Below, one piece after another: positions 28,367-38,643 of a DNA stretch of 64,000 nt. The notes beneath the pieces are model-generated. The model was not told the origin of the DNA. It did not search any database and saw nothing but the letters and a program-made list of their open reading frames with translations. How positions within the stretch are numbered: position 1 is the first letter of the stretch; every line of letters starts with the position of its first letter. The stretch spans positions 1,536,001-1,600,000 of the forward strand of contig CBDCYI010000011.1 of NCBI GenBank assembly GCA_965224085.1, in the 5' to 3' direction. The position numbers and the translations under genes were made by a program. The stretch comes from Candidatus Marinacidobacterales bacterium. GTDB taxonomy: Bacteria > Acidobacteriota > Vicinamibacteria > Marinacidobacterales > SMYC01.

Positions 28367-29455
28367 TCACGGTCTCCTTTGGGGTTTATGGGGTTTGATG
28401 GGGTCTAATTTGGTTAGGACTTTGCGAACCATTGACGAAGCAGGTAGGTTGAGAAGTTGTTTGGGGGTTACCCACCTTTTCTTGCGGCACCCTGTTCGGG
28501 GACGGTTCGCGAGCTTGGCGGCATAGGCACGGAGGTCGATGCGGCGGTTCATGATGCTGTGCTTCACTTTGGCGAGCTCTTGACCCGGTGTCAGGTCCAG
28601 TCCATATTTTTCCTGAGCCTCACGGGCGAGGGCGGCGCGCGGGTCTTCTCCGTCGCGGCATTCCGCTTCCGGGAGCTCCCACATGTTTTTCATGAGCTCC
28701 ACGCCCTCTCGTCGATAGACCAGTAACTTTCCTTTCTCCTCGATAACGGCGGCGGCGAGCGTCACGCGGACGCTTTTTGGGAGGGGCGGAAGCTCGGGTA
28801 GCGTTTGCTCGAGTCCCAGACGCTTTGCGGCGCACGCGTCGCGCAATGGACAGGTGAGACAGCGTGGATTTCTCGGCGTGCAAACAAGAGCGCCGAGCTC
28901 CATCAGAGCTTGATTGAATTCCGAGATCGAGTGCTCGGGTAGGATCTCCGTCGCGAGCTCCCACAAGTTCCGCTTGCTCTCCCCTTTTCTCGGATTCCCT
29001 CGCACTTCGAACACACGCGACAAAACGCGCGCCGCGTTCCCGTCCAGAATCGGCGCCCGCACACCGAAAGCGATAGAAACGATGGCGCCCGCCGTATAGC
29101 GACCCACACCTGGCAGCCGCAGCCAGCCGGCCACGTCTTCCGGAAAGCGACCGTCGAGCTCGAAGGCGATCGTCTTCGCGGCGGCGTGGAACGCGCGCGC
29201 TCTTCGGTAATAGCCCAGTCCCGACCACAGGGCGAGAACTTCCTGCTCGGTTGCGTTCGCGACCGCGTCGACGTCGGGCAAATGCTCGATGAAACGTTCA
29301 AAATAGGGGATCACCGTTTGTACCTGGGTCTGCTGGAGCATCGACTCCGAGAGCCAAACCCGGTACGGATCCAGATGGTCACGCCACGGAAGCCTCCGCT
29401 GGTGGCGTCCATACCAGCGCAAGAGTCCCAAAAAACGCGCCCGAACCGCTTTCAC
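28367..29455 (-). CDS. mutY: A/G-specific adenine glycosylase
   Basis: WLSESMLQQTQV, LPGVGRYTA, C-x6-C-x2-C-x5-C cluster, NUDIX-like tail. Confidence 0.95.
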   Translation of the reverse strand: MKAVRARFLGLLRWYGRHQRRLPWRDHLDPYRVWLSESMLQQTQVQTVIPYFERFIEHLPDVDAVANATEQEVLALWSGLGYYRRARAFHAAAKTIAFELDGRFPEDVAGWLRLPGVGRYTAGAIVSIAFGVRAPILDGNAARVLSRVFEVRGNPRKGESKRNLWELATEILPEHSISEFNQALMELGALVCTPRNPRCLTCPLRDACAAKRLGLEQTLPELPPLPKSVRVTLAAAVIEEKGKLLVYRREGVELMKNMWELPEAECRDGEDPRAALAREAQEKYGLDLTPGQELAKVKHSIMNRRIDLRAYAAKLANRPRTGCRKKRWVTPKQLLNLPASSMVRKVLTKLDPIKPHKPQRRP

Positions 29456-29521
29456 GGGCGCATGGTATCAGGATCAGCGTTTGCATTCGGTTCCGGGCCG
29501 GAGCTATTCTGGGGCACGATC

Positions 29522-30451
29522 ATGAGTCAGATGCAGCTGGGCGAGCGCTATGTGGACCTTGGAGTCAAGGCCATCGACCAGGATGATCTCAAAAAGGCGC
29601 TCCGCCACCTGAATCGCGCGCTATCCCTGAACCCTCAATCCTACCTCGCGTACTACAACCGGGGCGTCGTCTACGATCTGCTGGGGCGCCTGGAAGACGC
29701 TTTAGCCGACTATGAGCGGGCTCTGGGGGTCCAACCGAACCATCTAGCATCGCTCCATAATCGGGCAGTGATCCTTCGCGAATTGGGCCAGCCCGACGCC
29801 GCCATCAAGGGCTTCGACGAGGTCCTGCGCTTCGAGCCGGACGGCAGCGACGTGCTCTACAATCGCGGGGCCGCCCTCGCGGATTTGAAGCGCTGGCCGG
29901 AGGCCGTGCGCGATTTCGACCGCGCCATCGCCGCGGCTCCCGACAAGATCGATGCCCGTATCGCCAAAGGCAATGCCTGTCTGGAGCTTAGCAAGATTGA
30001 TGAAGCGATCGCCGTCGGCGACGACTTGATCGCGATGGAATCGGGCTCGGTCGAAGGGCACGTGCTCAAAGGTCTCGCGCGTTTCGACGCGGGGGAACAA
30101 GAGCTTGCGATCGGCGAGTTCACCGAAGCGCTCGAGACGACGCCCGATGACCACGGCGCTCTTCTTCAACGCGGCATCGTCTTTCTCCACCTCGGCCGCA
30201 ACGAAAAAGCTATCGAGGACCTCAAACACGCGCTGAAGAATCATCCGGATTGCGACGAAGCTTTCTACCACCTCGCGATTGCTTACGCGCAGCTCGGCCA
30301 GCCGGATGCCGCGATTGATGCCCTGCAAACGGCCATCGATATCGACCCGCCGCGGCGCGCCGAAGCTCAAAAAGCTGCGGAGTTCGAGCCGCTACGGGCG
30401 GAGCCCCGGTTCAAAGCGGTGGTCGCGGGCAAGCGTGGGCGACGCAGTTGA
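29522..30451 (+). CDS. Tetratricopeptide repeat protein
   Basis: AYYNRG, LHNRA, LYNRG repeats. Confidence 0.85.
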   Translation: MSQMQLGERYVDLGVKAIDQDDLKKALRHLNRALSLNPQSYLAYYNRGVVYDLLGRLEDALADYERALGVQPNHLASLHNRAVILRELGQPDAAIKGFDEVLRFEPDGSDVLYNRGAALADLKRWPEAVRDFDRAIAAAPDKIDARIAKGNACLELSKIDEAIAVGDDLIAMESGSVEGHVLKGLARFDAGEQELAIGEFTEALETTPDDHGALLQRGIVFLHLGRNEKAIEDLKHALKNHPDCDEAFYHLAIAYAQLGQPDAAIDALQTAIDIDPPRRAEAQKAAEFEPLRAEPRFKAVVAGKRGRRS

Positions 30452-30468
30452 GCTCACAACGGACCGAA

Positions 30469-31476
30469 CTACCCCGCTAGTAGTTGTTTGGCTAGGCGCT
30501 GGTAGTATTTTATGGCGTTTTGAGCTTCCTTCTTGCCTATTTTCTCGGCGTTGGTGTGGGCGTCGTGGATCGAGCCTGGGCCTAGCAGAAGTGGTTTTCC
30601 TAGGTTGGTTAGGGCGGGGATGTCGGTTCCGAATGACACGGGGGCGAGCTCGAAGCCCTCAACGGTTTTGCACGTTACGGCGTCGGAGCTTGCGATCACC
30701 TTGTAGGTTAGCTTGGGGTGTTTCGTCAGGATCTTGTCTAGTTTTTCCTTGACGTCGTTCACGTTGCCTACGACTCGGATGAATACTTCGGATTCGGCCT
30801 CGGGGGCGAATACGTTGGCGGCCAGGCCGCCTTTGATCGTACCGATGTTGGTCGTGGCTGCGCCCATCAGGTCGCTCTTGCCCCAGTCTTCGGCGCGTAT
30901 GTCGGTAAGCGCGTCGAGCAAATAGGCGATGGCGGATTCTCCCAGCTGCGGGTAGGCGGAGTGGGCGGCTTTGCCACTCGCCGTAAGAAGGAACTTGAAG
31001 CCACCCTTATGGCCGCTCGCCATACGGTTCTCGGTGGGCTCGCCGACCACGACGTGCTCGCTCGTCCAATCGCCCTCGTTGGCGGCCAAGGCGCCGGCGC
31101 TATCGACTTCTTCGCCGACGACGAAAAGCATTCCAATCTCCCGGTGGCCCTCGTCGCGGAGAGCCACCGTGGCGAGCACCATGCAAGCAAGGATCCCCTT
31201 GGCGTCGCAGGAACCACGGCCATAGATGTACTCGTCGTCCTCGGAGCTCTCGTAGAACGGGGGTACGGTATCGATGTGCGTGTTGAAGATGAGCCGCGGG
31301 ACCGCGCCATCGTTGACCGCATAGACGTTGAAGCGGTCCGCACCGACCTCATGTAGACGCACCGAGAAGCTGCGACTCGTTAGATCCTTTTCCAGAAAAC
31401 GTGCGACGTCGCCTTCATCGCCCGAGACAGACGGTATGTCGACGAGACGCCTGATATATGCATTGAGCTCGCTCAT
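30469..31476 (-). CDS. M20/ArgE-like metallo-hydrolase
   Basis: HIDTVP, GRGSCDAKG, GEE, GEPT, GKAAHS, GPGSIHDAH. Confidence 0.9.
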   Translation of the reverse strand: MSELNAYIRRLVDIPSVSGDEGDVARFLEKDLTSRSFSVRLHEVGADRFNVYAVNDGAVPRLIFNTHIDTVPPFYESSEDDEYIYGRGSCDAKGILACMVLATVALRDEGHREIGMLFVVGEEVDSAGALAANEGDWTSEHVVVGEPTENRMASGHKGGFKFLLTASGKAAHSAYPQLGESAIAYLLDALTDIRAEDWGKSDLMGAATTNIGTIKGGLAANVFAPEAESEVFIRVVGNVNDVKEKLDKILTKHPKLTYKVIASSDAVTCKTVEGFELAPVSFGTDIPALTNLGKPLLLGPGSIHDAHTNAEKIGKKEAQNAIKYYQRLAKQLLAG

Positions 31477-31998
31477 TTTCGCTTCTTTTTGGCCTTTGAT
31501 GCGAGCATGATGCTCCGTCCCTCCGGATCGGTAGTTGTGACGACGCGGTCACCCCACGGCATTTCCACGGGCGGCCCGGCAAATGCCGCGCCTTTCGCGA
31601 TGAGCTGAGCATAGGCGTAGTCGACATCCTTGACCTCGAAATACAAAGTCGGCTCGCGAGGCTGCGGTGGCTCACCCAGCATATCTGGATGCGGGGGCAT
31701 GAAACCCATCGTGGAGTGGGGTGACGTCCTCACGAGAAGATAGTTCAAGCCTTCTTCATCACTCGTCTCCGTCGAAAGCTCCAGAATCCCGTCGTAAAAC
31801 TTCCGGAGCTGGTCGACTTTATAGGTCATGAAATCGATATGCTGCGACGCGATCGCAAGTCCACTGGCTCGCGGTCGTTTCGTTGTTTTCTTGGCCGTTG
31901 TTTTTTGCAGCTTTTTTCAGCGCCGGCTTGGCTTTTTTCTTCGTCTTCTTGGCCACGGTCTTTTTGGCGGCCGTCTTCTTTTGGGCCTTTTTAACCAT
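31473..31998 (-). CDS. VOC/glyoxalase-family protein with Lys/Ala-rich N-terminal tail; +1 break in A6 run at 31901-31906
   Basis: MVKKAQKKTAAKKTVAKKTKKKAKPALKKAAK / TTAKKTTKRPR...HIDFMT...LYFEVKDVD...MPWG...DPEG; ORF track shows only 31473..31829. Confidence 0.75.
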
Positions 31999-32008
31999 GG
32001 TTCACTTC

Positions 32009-33046
32009 CTAGCTCTCACGGAGACTCGACCAATAGGCTCCGTGCGCCTGGCGCACCTCACTAACGAGCTCCTGGGCCGCCTTTCCGAAATCCGCAGCCT
32101 CCGGCGTCTGCTCGCCGGTCATGACCGCGAGCGTAGAGACGATAGACTTCTCGAGCGCGTGTAGGTCATAACCACCTTCGAGCGCGAACACGACCTTCCC
32201 CTCACAGGTGCTCCTCGCGAGCCGTAGAATCTCTTGCGTGATGCCGGCATAGCCATCGCGTGTGAGATTCATGCCGCCGAGCGGGTCGTCTCGATGTGCG
32301 TCGAAGCCCGCCGAGACGAGGACGAGCTCGGGCGCAAACTCGAGTCCGACGGGAACCACGACATCGCGAAAGACTCGCAGAAATTCCGGATCTCCCATCC
32401 CGGGTGGCATCGGTACGTTGAGCGTGAATCCCTCGCCTTCCTCTTTGCCGATCTCGGTCAAGTCGCCCGTGCCGGGATAGTGCCCCGACTGGTGGGTCGA
32501 CACAAAGAGGACTTCGGGTGATGTATAAAACACTTTTTGCGTCCCGTTTCCGTGGTGGACGTCGAAATCCAGGATCAAGATCCTCTTGACCTGATATCGT
32601 TTCTGCGCGTATTGGGCTGCGATGGCAACGTTGTTGAAAACGCAAAAGCCCATGGATTTGTCCGGCTTCGCGTGATGTCCGGGCGGCCGAGGAAAGGCGA
32701 AAGCGTTCGTGACCTTCCCGTCCATGACCGCCTCGGTCGCCGTCAATACAGAGCCCGCAGCGAGGTGTGCCACATCTGCCGTGTCCGGAGATGTGACCGT
32801 ATCCGAGTCCAAATGGGTCCGTTTCTGTCCCGCGGATTCGAGGACCTCTTCATATAAGCGGTCCCAATGCACGAGCAGTATTTCTTCCCGCTCCGCGATA
32901 CGCAGCGGGAGTGCTTTGATTTTCTCTGCCAGCGAGGGATCGCGAAGAGCACGGGCGACCGCATCGACACGAGCTACCGAGTCGGGGTGGCCTCTTCCAC
33001 TATCGTGCTTCTTGAAATCTTCGGTGAAAATGACGCCTGTCCTCAT
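32009..33046 (-). CDS. Histone deacetylase family (Zn-dependent, class II-like) protein
   Basis: RPPGHHA, GFCVFNN, DFDVHHGNGTQ, SAGFDAH, LEGGY. Confidence 0.93.
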   Translation of the reverse strand: MRTGVIFTEDFKKHDSGRGHPDSVARVDAVARALRDPSLAEKIKALPLRIAEREEILLVHWDRLYEEVLESAGQKRTHLDSDTVTSPDTADVAHLAAGSVLTATEAVMDGKVTNAFAFPRPPGHHAKPDKSMGFCVFNNVAIAAQYAQKRYQVKRILILDFDVHHGNGTQKVFYTSPEVLFVSTHQSGHYPGTGDLTEIGKEEGEGFTLNVPMPPGMGDPEFLRVFRDVVVPVGLEFAPELVLVSAGFDAHRDDPLGGMNLTRDGYAGITQEILRLARSTCEGKVVFALEGGYDLHALEKSIVSTLAVMTGEQTPEAADFGKAAQELVSEVRQAHGAYWSSLRES

Positions 33047-33139
33047 CCTCTCACCTCTTGACGGTCTTTGCAGCCTTTACGCGCGCATTTGACCGCATGC
33101 GTGTTCCGAGCTCGATAGTGGTGACGACAGTGCTTCAAT

Positions 33140-34381
33140 TTATGCTAGGTGGTGCTTGAGCAACAGTGCTCCGTTGGTTCCCCCGAATCCGAACGAGTTC
33201 GAAAGAGCGTATTCGAACGAAAGTTTCCGAGCCTCGTTCGGAACGTAATCCAAGCTGCATTCGGGGTCCGGATTCTCATAGTTCGTCGTCGGGGGCACTA
33301 TTTGTTTTTTCAAAGCGAGGGCGGTAATCCCGGCTTCGAGCCCCCCGGCACCTCCGAGGAGATGGCCCGTCATGGACTTCGTGGAGCTTATAGCTAACTG
33401 CTTCGCGTGGTCGCCGAACACGGCGCGGATCGCCAGGGTCTCTGTACGGTCGTTATAGACGGTGGACGTGCCATGCGCGTTGACATATCCGACATCGGTC
33501 AGCGCGATTCCCGCATCGGCGATCGCGTTCCGCATGACGCGCTGCGCGCCATCCCCGCTTTCCGACGGTGTGGTCATGTGATAAGCGTCGGAGCTCATGC
33601 CATAACCCACGAGCTCCGCATGGATGTCCGCGCCACGCGCCTTCGCACCTTCGAGCTCCTCGAGTACGAGGACGCCGGCACCTTCACCGACAACAAAGCC
33701 GTCGCGATCTTTGTCGAACGGGCGTGAAGCTCGCTCGGGATCGTCGTTGCGGACCGAGAGCGCTTTCATGGCCGCAAAGCCCCCGATACCCATCGGCGTA
33801 ATCGCAGCCTCGGACCCGCCAGCGATCATCGCATCCGCGTCGCCACGCTGAATGATCTTCATCGCGTCGCCGATAGCGTGGGCGCTGGCCGAGCAGGCGG
33901 TCGCGGTAGCCGAGTTGGGCCCTTTGGCCCCGAAGCGGATCGAGACTTGGCCCGCCGCGAGATTGATGATGGTTGCCGGGATGAAGAAAGGTGAAATGCG
34001 ACGGGGGCCTCCATTCAAGAGGGCGGTGTGCTCTCGCTCGATGGTACCGAAGCCGCCAATACCGGACGCGATGAAAACACCCACGCGCGCGGCATTATCT
34101 TCCTCTATCAAGAAGCCCGAATCTTCCACGGCGATCTCGGATGCCGCCAACGCATATTGGATGAAGGCGTCCATCTTCTTGACGTCTTTTTTCGGGATGA
34201 AACGAAGAGGATCGAAATCCTTGAGCTCACCCGCAATGCGCACGCTGAAATCGGACGCGTCGAAATGCGTAACCGGCCCGATACCCGACCTGCCGGCCAA
34301 CAAACCTTCCCACGTCTCCTTCGTGCCGAGCCCAAGCGCCGAAACGAGCCCGATACCCGTAATGGCTACTCTACGATTCAA
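33140..34381 (-). CDS. fabF: Beta-ketoacyl-ACP synthase II
   Basis: TACSAS, NAHGTST, KSMTGHLLG, SNSFGFGG. Confidence 0.97.
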   Translation of the reverse strand: MNRRVAITGIGLVSALGLGTKETWEGLLAGRSGIGPVTHFDASDFSVRIAGELKDFDPLRFIPKKDVKKMDAFIQYALAASEIAVEDSGFLIEEDNAARVGVFIASGIGGFGTIEREHTALLNGGPRRISPFFIPATIINLAAGQVSIRFGAKGPNSATATACSASAHAIGDAMKIIQRGDADAMIAGGSEAAITPMGIGGFAAMKALSVRNDDPERASRPFDKDRDGFVVGEGAGVLVLEELEGAKARGADIHAELVGYGMSSDAYHMTTPSESGDGAQRVMRNAIADAGIALTDVGYVNAHGTSTVYNDRTETLAIRAVFGDHAKQLAISSTKSMTGHLLGGAGGLEAGITALALKKQIVPPTTNYENPDPECSLDYVPNEARKLSFEYALSNSFGFGGTNGALLLKHHLA

Positions 34382-34441
34382 AAGCCCTCCGCCGCCCAGC
34401 GACTACTAAGTGCTGACCACTAACACCGAAGCCAAGCAAAA

Positions 34442-34678
34442 TCACTTACCGTGCTCGGTAATATAAGAGATCGCCTCCCTGACACGGGTGATCTTCTCCG
34501 CATCTTCATCGGGAATCTCGACGCCAAACTCTTCCTCGAGCGCCATGACGAGCTCCATTTGGTCGAGAGAATCAGCGCCGAGGTCATCGACGAACGAAGC
34601 GTCTTCCGTAACCTGATCCTCGCTGACGCCGAGCTGCTCGATGATAATGCCTTTTACTTTATCTGGAATCTTACTCAT
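34442..34678 (-). CDS. acpP: Acyl carrier protein
   Basis: DLGADSLD motif. Confidence 0.97.
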   Translation of the reverse strand: MSKIPDKVKGIIIEQLGVSEDQVTEDASFVDDLGADSLDQMELVMALEEEFGVEIPDEDAEKITRVREAISYITEHGK

Positions 34679-34689
34679 GGAATCCCTCC

Positions 34690-35424
34690 TCACATGTATA
34701 AACCGCCATTGACTTGCAAAACTTGTCCTGTAACGTAACTCGCGCCTTCGGACGCAAGGTACAACACCGCGGCCGCCACATCCGACGGTTGGCCGATGCG
34801 CTTCATCGGGATCGCCTCGTGGAGCGCCTCAGTCGCCCCTTGCGCAAGCTCCCGCGTCATATCGGTCTCGATATAACCAGGGGCAATCGCATTCACCGTA
34901 ACGTTACGAGAAGCGACTTCACGGGCGAGCGCTTTGGTAAAACCCAAAATCGCGGCCTTAGACGCCGCATAATTGACCTGTCCCGCATTCCCCATCAGGC
35001 CGACAACAGAGCTCATGTTGATGACGCGCCCGGAGCGCTGGCGAATCATAGGCCGGAGAACTGCCTGGCTGCAATAGTAGAGCGCGTTGACGTTCGTCGC
35101 CATAACCGTGTTCCACTCTTCCGGCTTCATCCGCATGAGCAAGTTGTCTCGCGTGATACCGGCATTGTTGACGAGAATGTCGATACGTTCATGCTTGTCG
35201 AGAACCGATTTGATCACACGGTCGACGGCCTCCCGGTCGGAGACGTCCATCGCGAGACCTTGGGAGCCGGAGCCAAGCTGTTCGGCAGTCTTCCGCGCGC
35301 GATCTTCGCTACGCCCGGTGAGGACAACCCGCACACCCCGCTTTGCTAAAGCAGCGGCAATCGCGCGTCCGATGCCGCGGGAGCCTCCGGTGACGAGAGC
35401 GAGCTTTGCATCCCATTCAGACAA
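34690..35424 (-). CDS. fabG: 3-oxoacyl-ACP reductase
   Basis: [21 protein letters not shown]. Confidence 0.96.
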   Translation of the reverse strand: MSEWDAKLALVTGGSRGIGRAIAAALAKRGVRVVLTGRSEDRARKTAEQLGSGSQGLAMDVSDREAVDRVIKSVLDKHERIDILVNNAGITRDNLLMRMKPEEWNTVMATNVNALYYCSQAVLRPMIRQRSGRVINMSSVVGLMGNAGQVNYAASKAAILGFTKALAREVASRNVTVNAIAPGYIETDMTRELAQGATEALHEAIPMKRIGQPSDVAAAVLYLASEGASYVTGQVLQVNGGLYM

Positions 35425-36361
35425 CGCTCGCCTCCGTCAAACGTTTCACGCCGTCGGACGAGCTCACCGTGAGCGTCTCTACATTCTTGACGATCTTCCT
35501 CACGAGCCCGGAAAGAACTTTAGAAGGCCCGACTTCCACAAATCGCTCAACACCTGCGGTGGCCATGGCCCCGACGATGGCCTCCCAGCGAACGGGTGAG
35601 GCCACTTGTCGCTCGAGTGCGTCACGCGCCGCCGCCCCAGAGGTGATGGCCTCTGCATCGACATTCGTGAAAAGGGGCACATCGAAATCTCGGAACGCTG
35701 TGCTCCCTAAATCCTTGGCGAGCTCGACCGCGGCAGGCTTCATGAGCGTGCAATGAAACGGCGCGCTCACCGCAAGCCGCAGAGCCCTGCGCGCGCCGCG
35801 CTCTTTGGCGAGCGCGCAAGCACGATCGACGGCCTCTCGGTGTCCCGCAATGACGACTTGCCGCCCGCCATTCAAATTGGCGGGCTCGAGCACTTGCCCC
35901 TCACGGGCGTCGCGGCAAAGAGCTTCGACGTCATCGACAGAAAGTCCCAGAATGGCCGCCATCGCACCGACGCCGACGGGCACTGCGTCTTGCATATATC
36001 GCCCACGCTTTCTCACGAGCGTGACCGCGTCCGAGAAGCTCAACCCGCCCGCGGCCACAAGGGCCGAATATTCACCGACACTGTGTCCTGCCACATAATC
36101 CGGCTTGATACCGGCGCCGCGCAGAACTTCCCAAAGGGCGATACTCGTAGTCAAGATCGCGGGCTGCGTATTTTCGGTAAGTTTGAGCTCCTCGTCCGGG
36201 CCTTCGAAACAGAGCTTCTTGATCGAAAACCCGAGCGCTTTGTCGGCTGTCTCGAAAACCCGACGGGCGCGGTCGTAGCTCTCGAACGCGTCTTTCCCCA
36301 TTCCCGTCTCTTGCGAGCCCTGTCCGGGAAAGAGGAGCGCAATCTTACCTTCTCCACTCAT
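35417..36361 (-). CDS. fabD: Malonyl-CoA-ACP transacylase
   Basis: FPGQGSQ, GHSVGEY, VSAPFH. Confidence 0.96.
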   Translation of the reverse strand: MSGEGKIALLFPGQGSQETGMGKDAFESYDRARRVFETADKALGFSIKKLCFEGPDEELKLTENTQPAILTTSIALWEVLRGAGIKPDYVAGHSVGEYSALVAAGGLSFSDAVTLVRKRGRYMQDAVPVGVGAMAAILGLSVDDVEALCRDAREGQVLEPANLNGGRQVVIAGHREAVDRACALAKERGARRALRLAVSAPFHCTLMKPAAVELAKDLGSTAFRDFDVPLFTNVDAEAITSGAAARDALERQVASPVRWEAIVGAMATAGVERFVEVGPSKVLSGLVRKIVKNVETLTVSSSDGVKRLTEASVV

Positions 36362-36554
36362 CGAAGCATGCCTTCCCTTGTTCCATCGCCCGCTCGGGTC
36401 ACGTGGATTCGACCGAGAGAAACACGCAGGATGTGCCCCCGCGCTAGCAGCCGAACCCGCTAATGCTACCGTGAATTCCTGGCCTTGGCCTTGTGCAGCG
36501 AGCGAAGTCGAACGTAGCCTTCGGCGCCGGCGGACACGCTCTGCGGTTCGAGCA

Positions 36555-36737
36555 CTAGCGCTCTTTGACTTCCATCACTTGGGCACCCTTGTAGTACCCA
36601 CAATTTGGACACACTCGGTGTGGATGTTTGGCTTGGTGGCAATGCGGACACTCGGAGAGCGGCTTGTGAACGAGCGCATTATGTGCCCGGCGTTTACCTC
36701 GCCGGCTCTTCGAATGTCTACTCTTGGGATTGGCCAT
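36555..36737 (-). CDS. rpmF: 50S ribosomal protein L32 (Zn-binding form)
   Basis: MANPK...CPHC...HRVCPNCGYY. Confidence 0.96.
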   Translation of the reverse strand: MANPKSRHSKSRRGKRRAHNALVHKPLSECPHCHQAKHPHRVCPNCGYYKGAQVMEVKER

Positions 36738-36785
36738 TTTCGAATAATCTCCTTTGCCGGCCTTGGCGTCCTTGTCGGGCCGAGC

Positions 36786-37322
36786 TCACGGGTCGATCAG
36801 GCCGTTCAACGCCTGCCGTCTCGGGTCGGTATCGTCTTGAACGCAACTGCAGCTAGCCGCGTTGCGATTGACCCCGCAGTCGGGACACAAGCCCTCGCAA
36901 TCAATCTTGCAGAGTGGCTTCATCGGAAGTGCGAGAACGATCTGCTCCCAAGCCATATGCGACAGATCGAGCTGGTCGTCACGATAGAAGGCCACTAAAA
37001 GCTCGTCTTCGCCCAAACCTCGGTCGTCCTCTCCTGCCCGAGCGACGTTTTTGGATTGAGGCAAATAGTGAAGGTCCAAATTCTCGCGAAGCTCTGTTTC
37101 GAACGGTATGAGACACCGACCACAAGCGAGCTCGACATCCGCAGCAAGGCGACCCGTCAGTCGAAACGCTCGCTTGTCATCATCCGTGCTCGAGATGCGA
37201 CCGATGACCCGAGCGGGCTCCGCGAGCCGAAACTCAAGCCTTCGCGTGCCCTCGTCCGCGAGACTTACCGCGTGATCGATGGCCTGACCCTCCACGGGCA
37301 CCTTTCGCAAATCGACTAACAC
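36786..37322 (-). CDS. yceD: YceD/DUF177 family protein
   Basis: CGRCL, LPMKPLCKIDCEGLCPDCG, DPR. Confidence 0.9.
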   Translation of the reverse strand: MLVDLRKVPVEGQAIDHAVSLADEGTRRLEFRLAEPARVIGRISSTDDDKRAFRLTGRLAADVELACGRCLIPFETELRENLDLHYLPQSKNVARAGEDDRGLGEDELLVAFYRDDQLDLSHMAWEQIVLALPMKPLCKIDCEGLCPDCGVNRNAASCSCVQDDTDPRRQALNGLIDP

Positions 37323-37348
37323 GTTGAGTCTCTTACGTTAAGCGGTGA

Positions 37349-37376
37349 ATTATAGCACGCGAGCTTACCTCGTCAA
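37349..37376 (-). promoter_or_regulatory. Sigma-70 promoter of the yceD-rpmF-fab operon
   Basis: TTGACG-N16-(TGc)TATAAT. Confidence 0.7.
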
Positions 37377-37424
37377 TAAAGGTGAATAAAAAGCAAATAA
37401 AAACAACCATTGTGACGAAGAGAT

Positions 37425-37688
37425 TTACTCTTTTTGCTCGGTTTGCTCGGCAACGCGTTCGAGATTCATGTAGTTGCCGAATTGGCGGTTTCCACTGATC
37501 GTGGAGATGGCATGCTTGAAAAGCATCTGGTCGACGCCGCCACTTTCCAAAATGATGGCAAAGCGGTCGAAGTTCTTGATTCGCCCCGTCAGCTTGGCCC
37601 CGTTTACCAGATAAATGGTCAGGTTGATCCGCTCTCTTCGTACGTGGTTCAGGAAGCTGTCTTGAACGTTAGGGGCCTGTTTCTGCAT
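37425..37688 (-). CDS. hfq: RNA chaperone Hfq
   Basis: NVQDSFLN, YLVNG, FKHAISTI. Confidence 0.95.
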   Translation of the reverse strand: MQKQAPNVQDSFLNHVRRERINLTIYLVNGAKLTGRIKNFDRFAIILESGGVDQMLFKHAISTISGNRQFGNYMNLERVAEQTEQKE

Positions 37689-38643
37689 GAACTGTCTCCA
37701 CATTCCGGCCGGGCCGGCCGAGGCCGAGCTCCTGCCCAAGATATTGCAGCACCGCATCCTGAACGGGAGCATCGTCGCCGCTGCCGCGAAACCATTCGAC
37801 GCCCTGTTCTCGACGGAACCACGTCATCTGCCGTTTCGCATATTGCATCGTCGCAAGAGTAATGGCCGCAAGCATTCGATCCTCGTCGAGCCTGCCCGCG
37901 AGATAGTCGATCGTCTCGCGATAGCCGATGGCTTTGAACGCCGGAAGGTTCTCGCCATGCTCACGACAGAGTCCACGCACTTCATCGACGAAACCCCTTG
38001 CAAACATTTTTTTGACTCGCCTTCCGATTCTTTTTTCGAGCTCCTCGCGGCTCAGCGTCAGGCCGACTAGTATAACTTGGAAGTCCGATAACGGGCTTCG
38101 GCGCGCTCCCATCAACTCGCTCATCGGCTGACCACTTTCTATTTGCACCTCGAGGGCTCGGATGATCCGAACGCGATCGTTCGGATGGATCCGCTTAGCA
38201 GAGGCACGATCCCATTGCCCTAGAATACGATGCAATCGTTTCGAACCTCGACGCTCGGCGATCCTGGTGAGACGCTCACGAATCTCCGGCGAGCGCCCGG
38301 GGCCTTCGAAAAGCCCCCGACGTAGCGCGCGCAGATAAAGTCCCGATCCGCCAACCACAACCGGCAGTTTCTTTCTTCTTGCGATGTCTTCGATGACCGG
38401 CACCGCTAGAGTGATGTAATCCGCCGCCGAGAATTCTTGGTCGGGCGGCATCTGGTCGACAAGATGATGAGCGATACCTCCTCGCTCATCCGGCGGAACC
38501 TTTGCGGTACCGATGTGAAGCTGTTCGTATATCTGAAGCGCGTCGCAACCGACGATTTCACCTTCGAGCTCACGAGCAACTCGGATCCCGAGATCGCTCT
38601 TACCCGACCCGGTCGGCCCGACAACAGCTACCAAGCGCTTCAT
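37669..38643 (-). CDS. miaA: tRNA dimethylallyltransferase
   Basis: GPTGSGKS, IGTAK, GGSGLY, YAKRQMTWF. Confidence 0.96.
   Translation of the reverse strand: MKRLVAVVGPTGSGKSDLGIRVARELEGEIVGCDALQIYEQLHIGTAKVPPDERGGIAHHLVDQMPPDQEFSAADYITLAVPVIEDIARRKKLPVVVGGSGLYLRALRRGLFEGPGRSPEIRERLTRIAERRGSKRLHRILGQWDRASAKRIHPNDRVRIIRALEVQIESGQPMSELMGARRSPLSDFQVILVGLTLSREELEKRIGRRVKKMFARGFVDEVRGLCREHGENLPAFKAIGYRETIDYLAGRLDEDRMLAAITLATMQYAKRQMTWFRREQGVEWFRGSGDDAPVQDAVLQYLGQELGLGRPGRNVETVHAETGP

Noticed and set aside
31899-31908. Programmed -1 frameshift at A-AAA-AAC in the VOC gene
   Set aside because: The VOC domain is in the +1 frame and the -1 frame closes quickly; a homopolymer error is likelier
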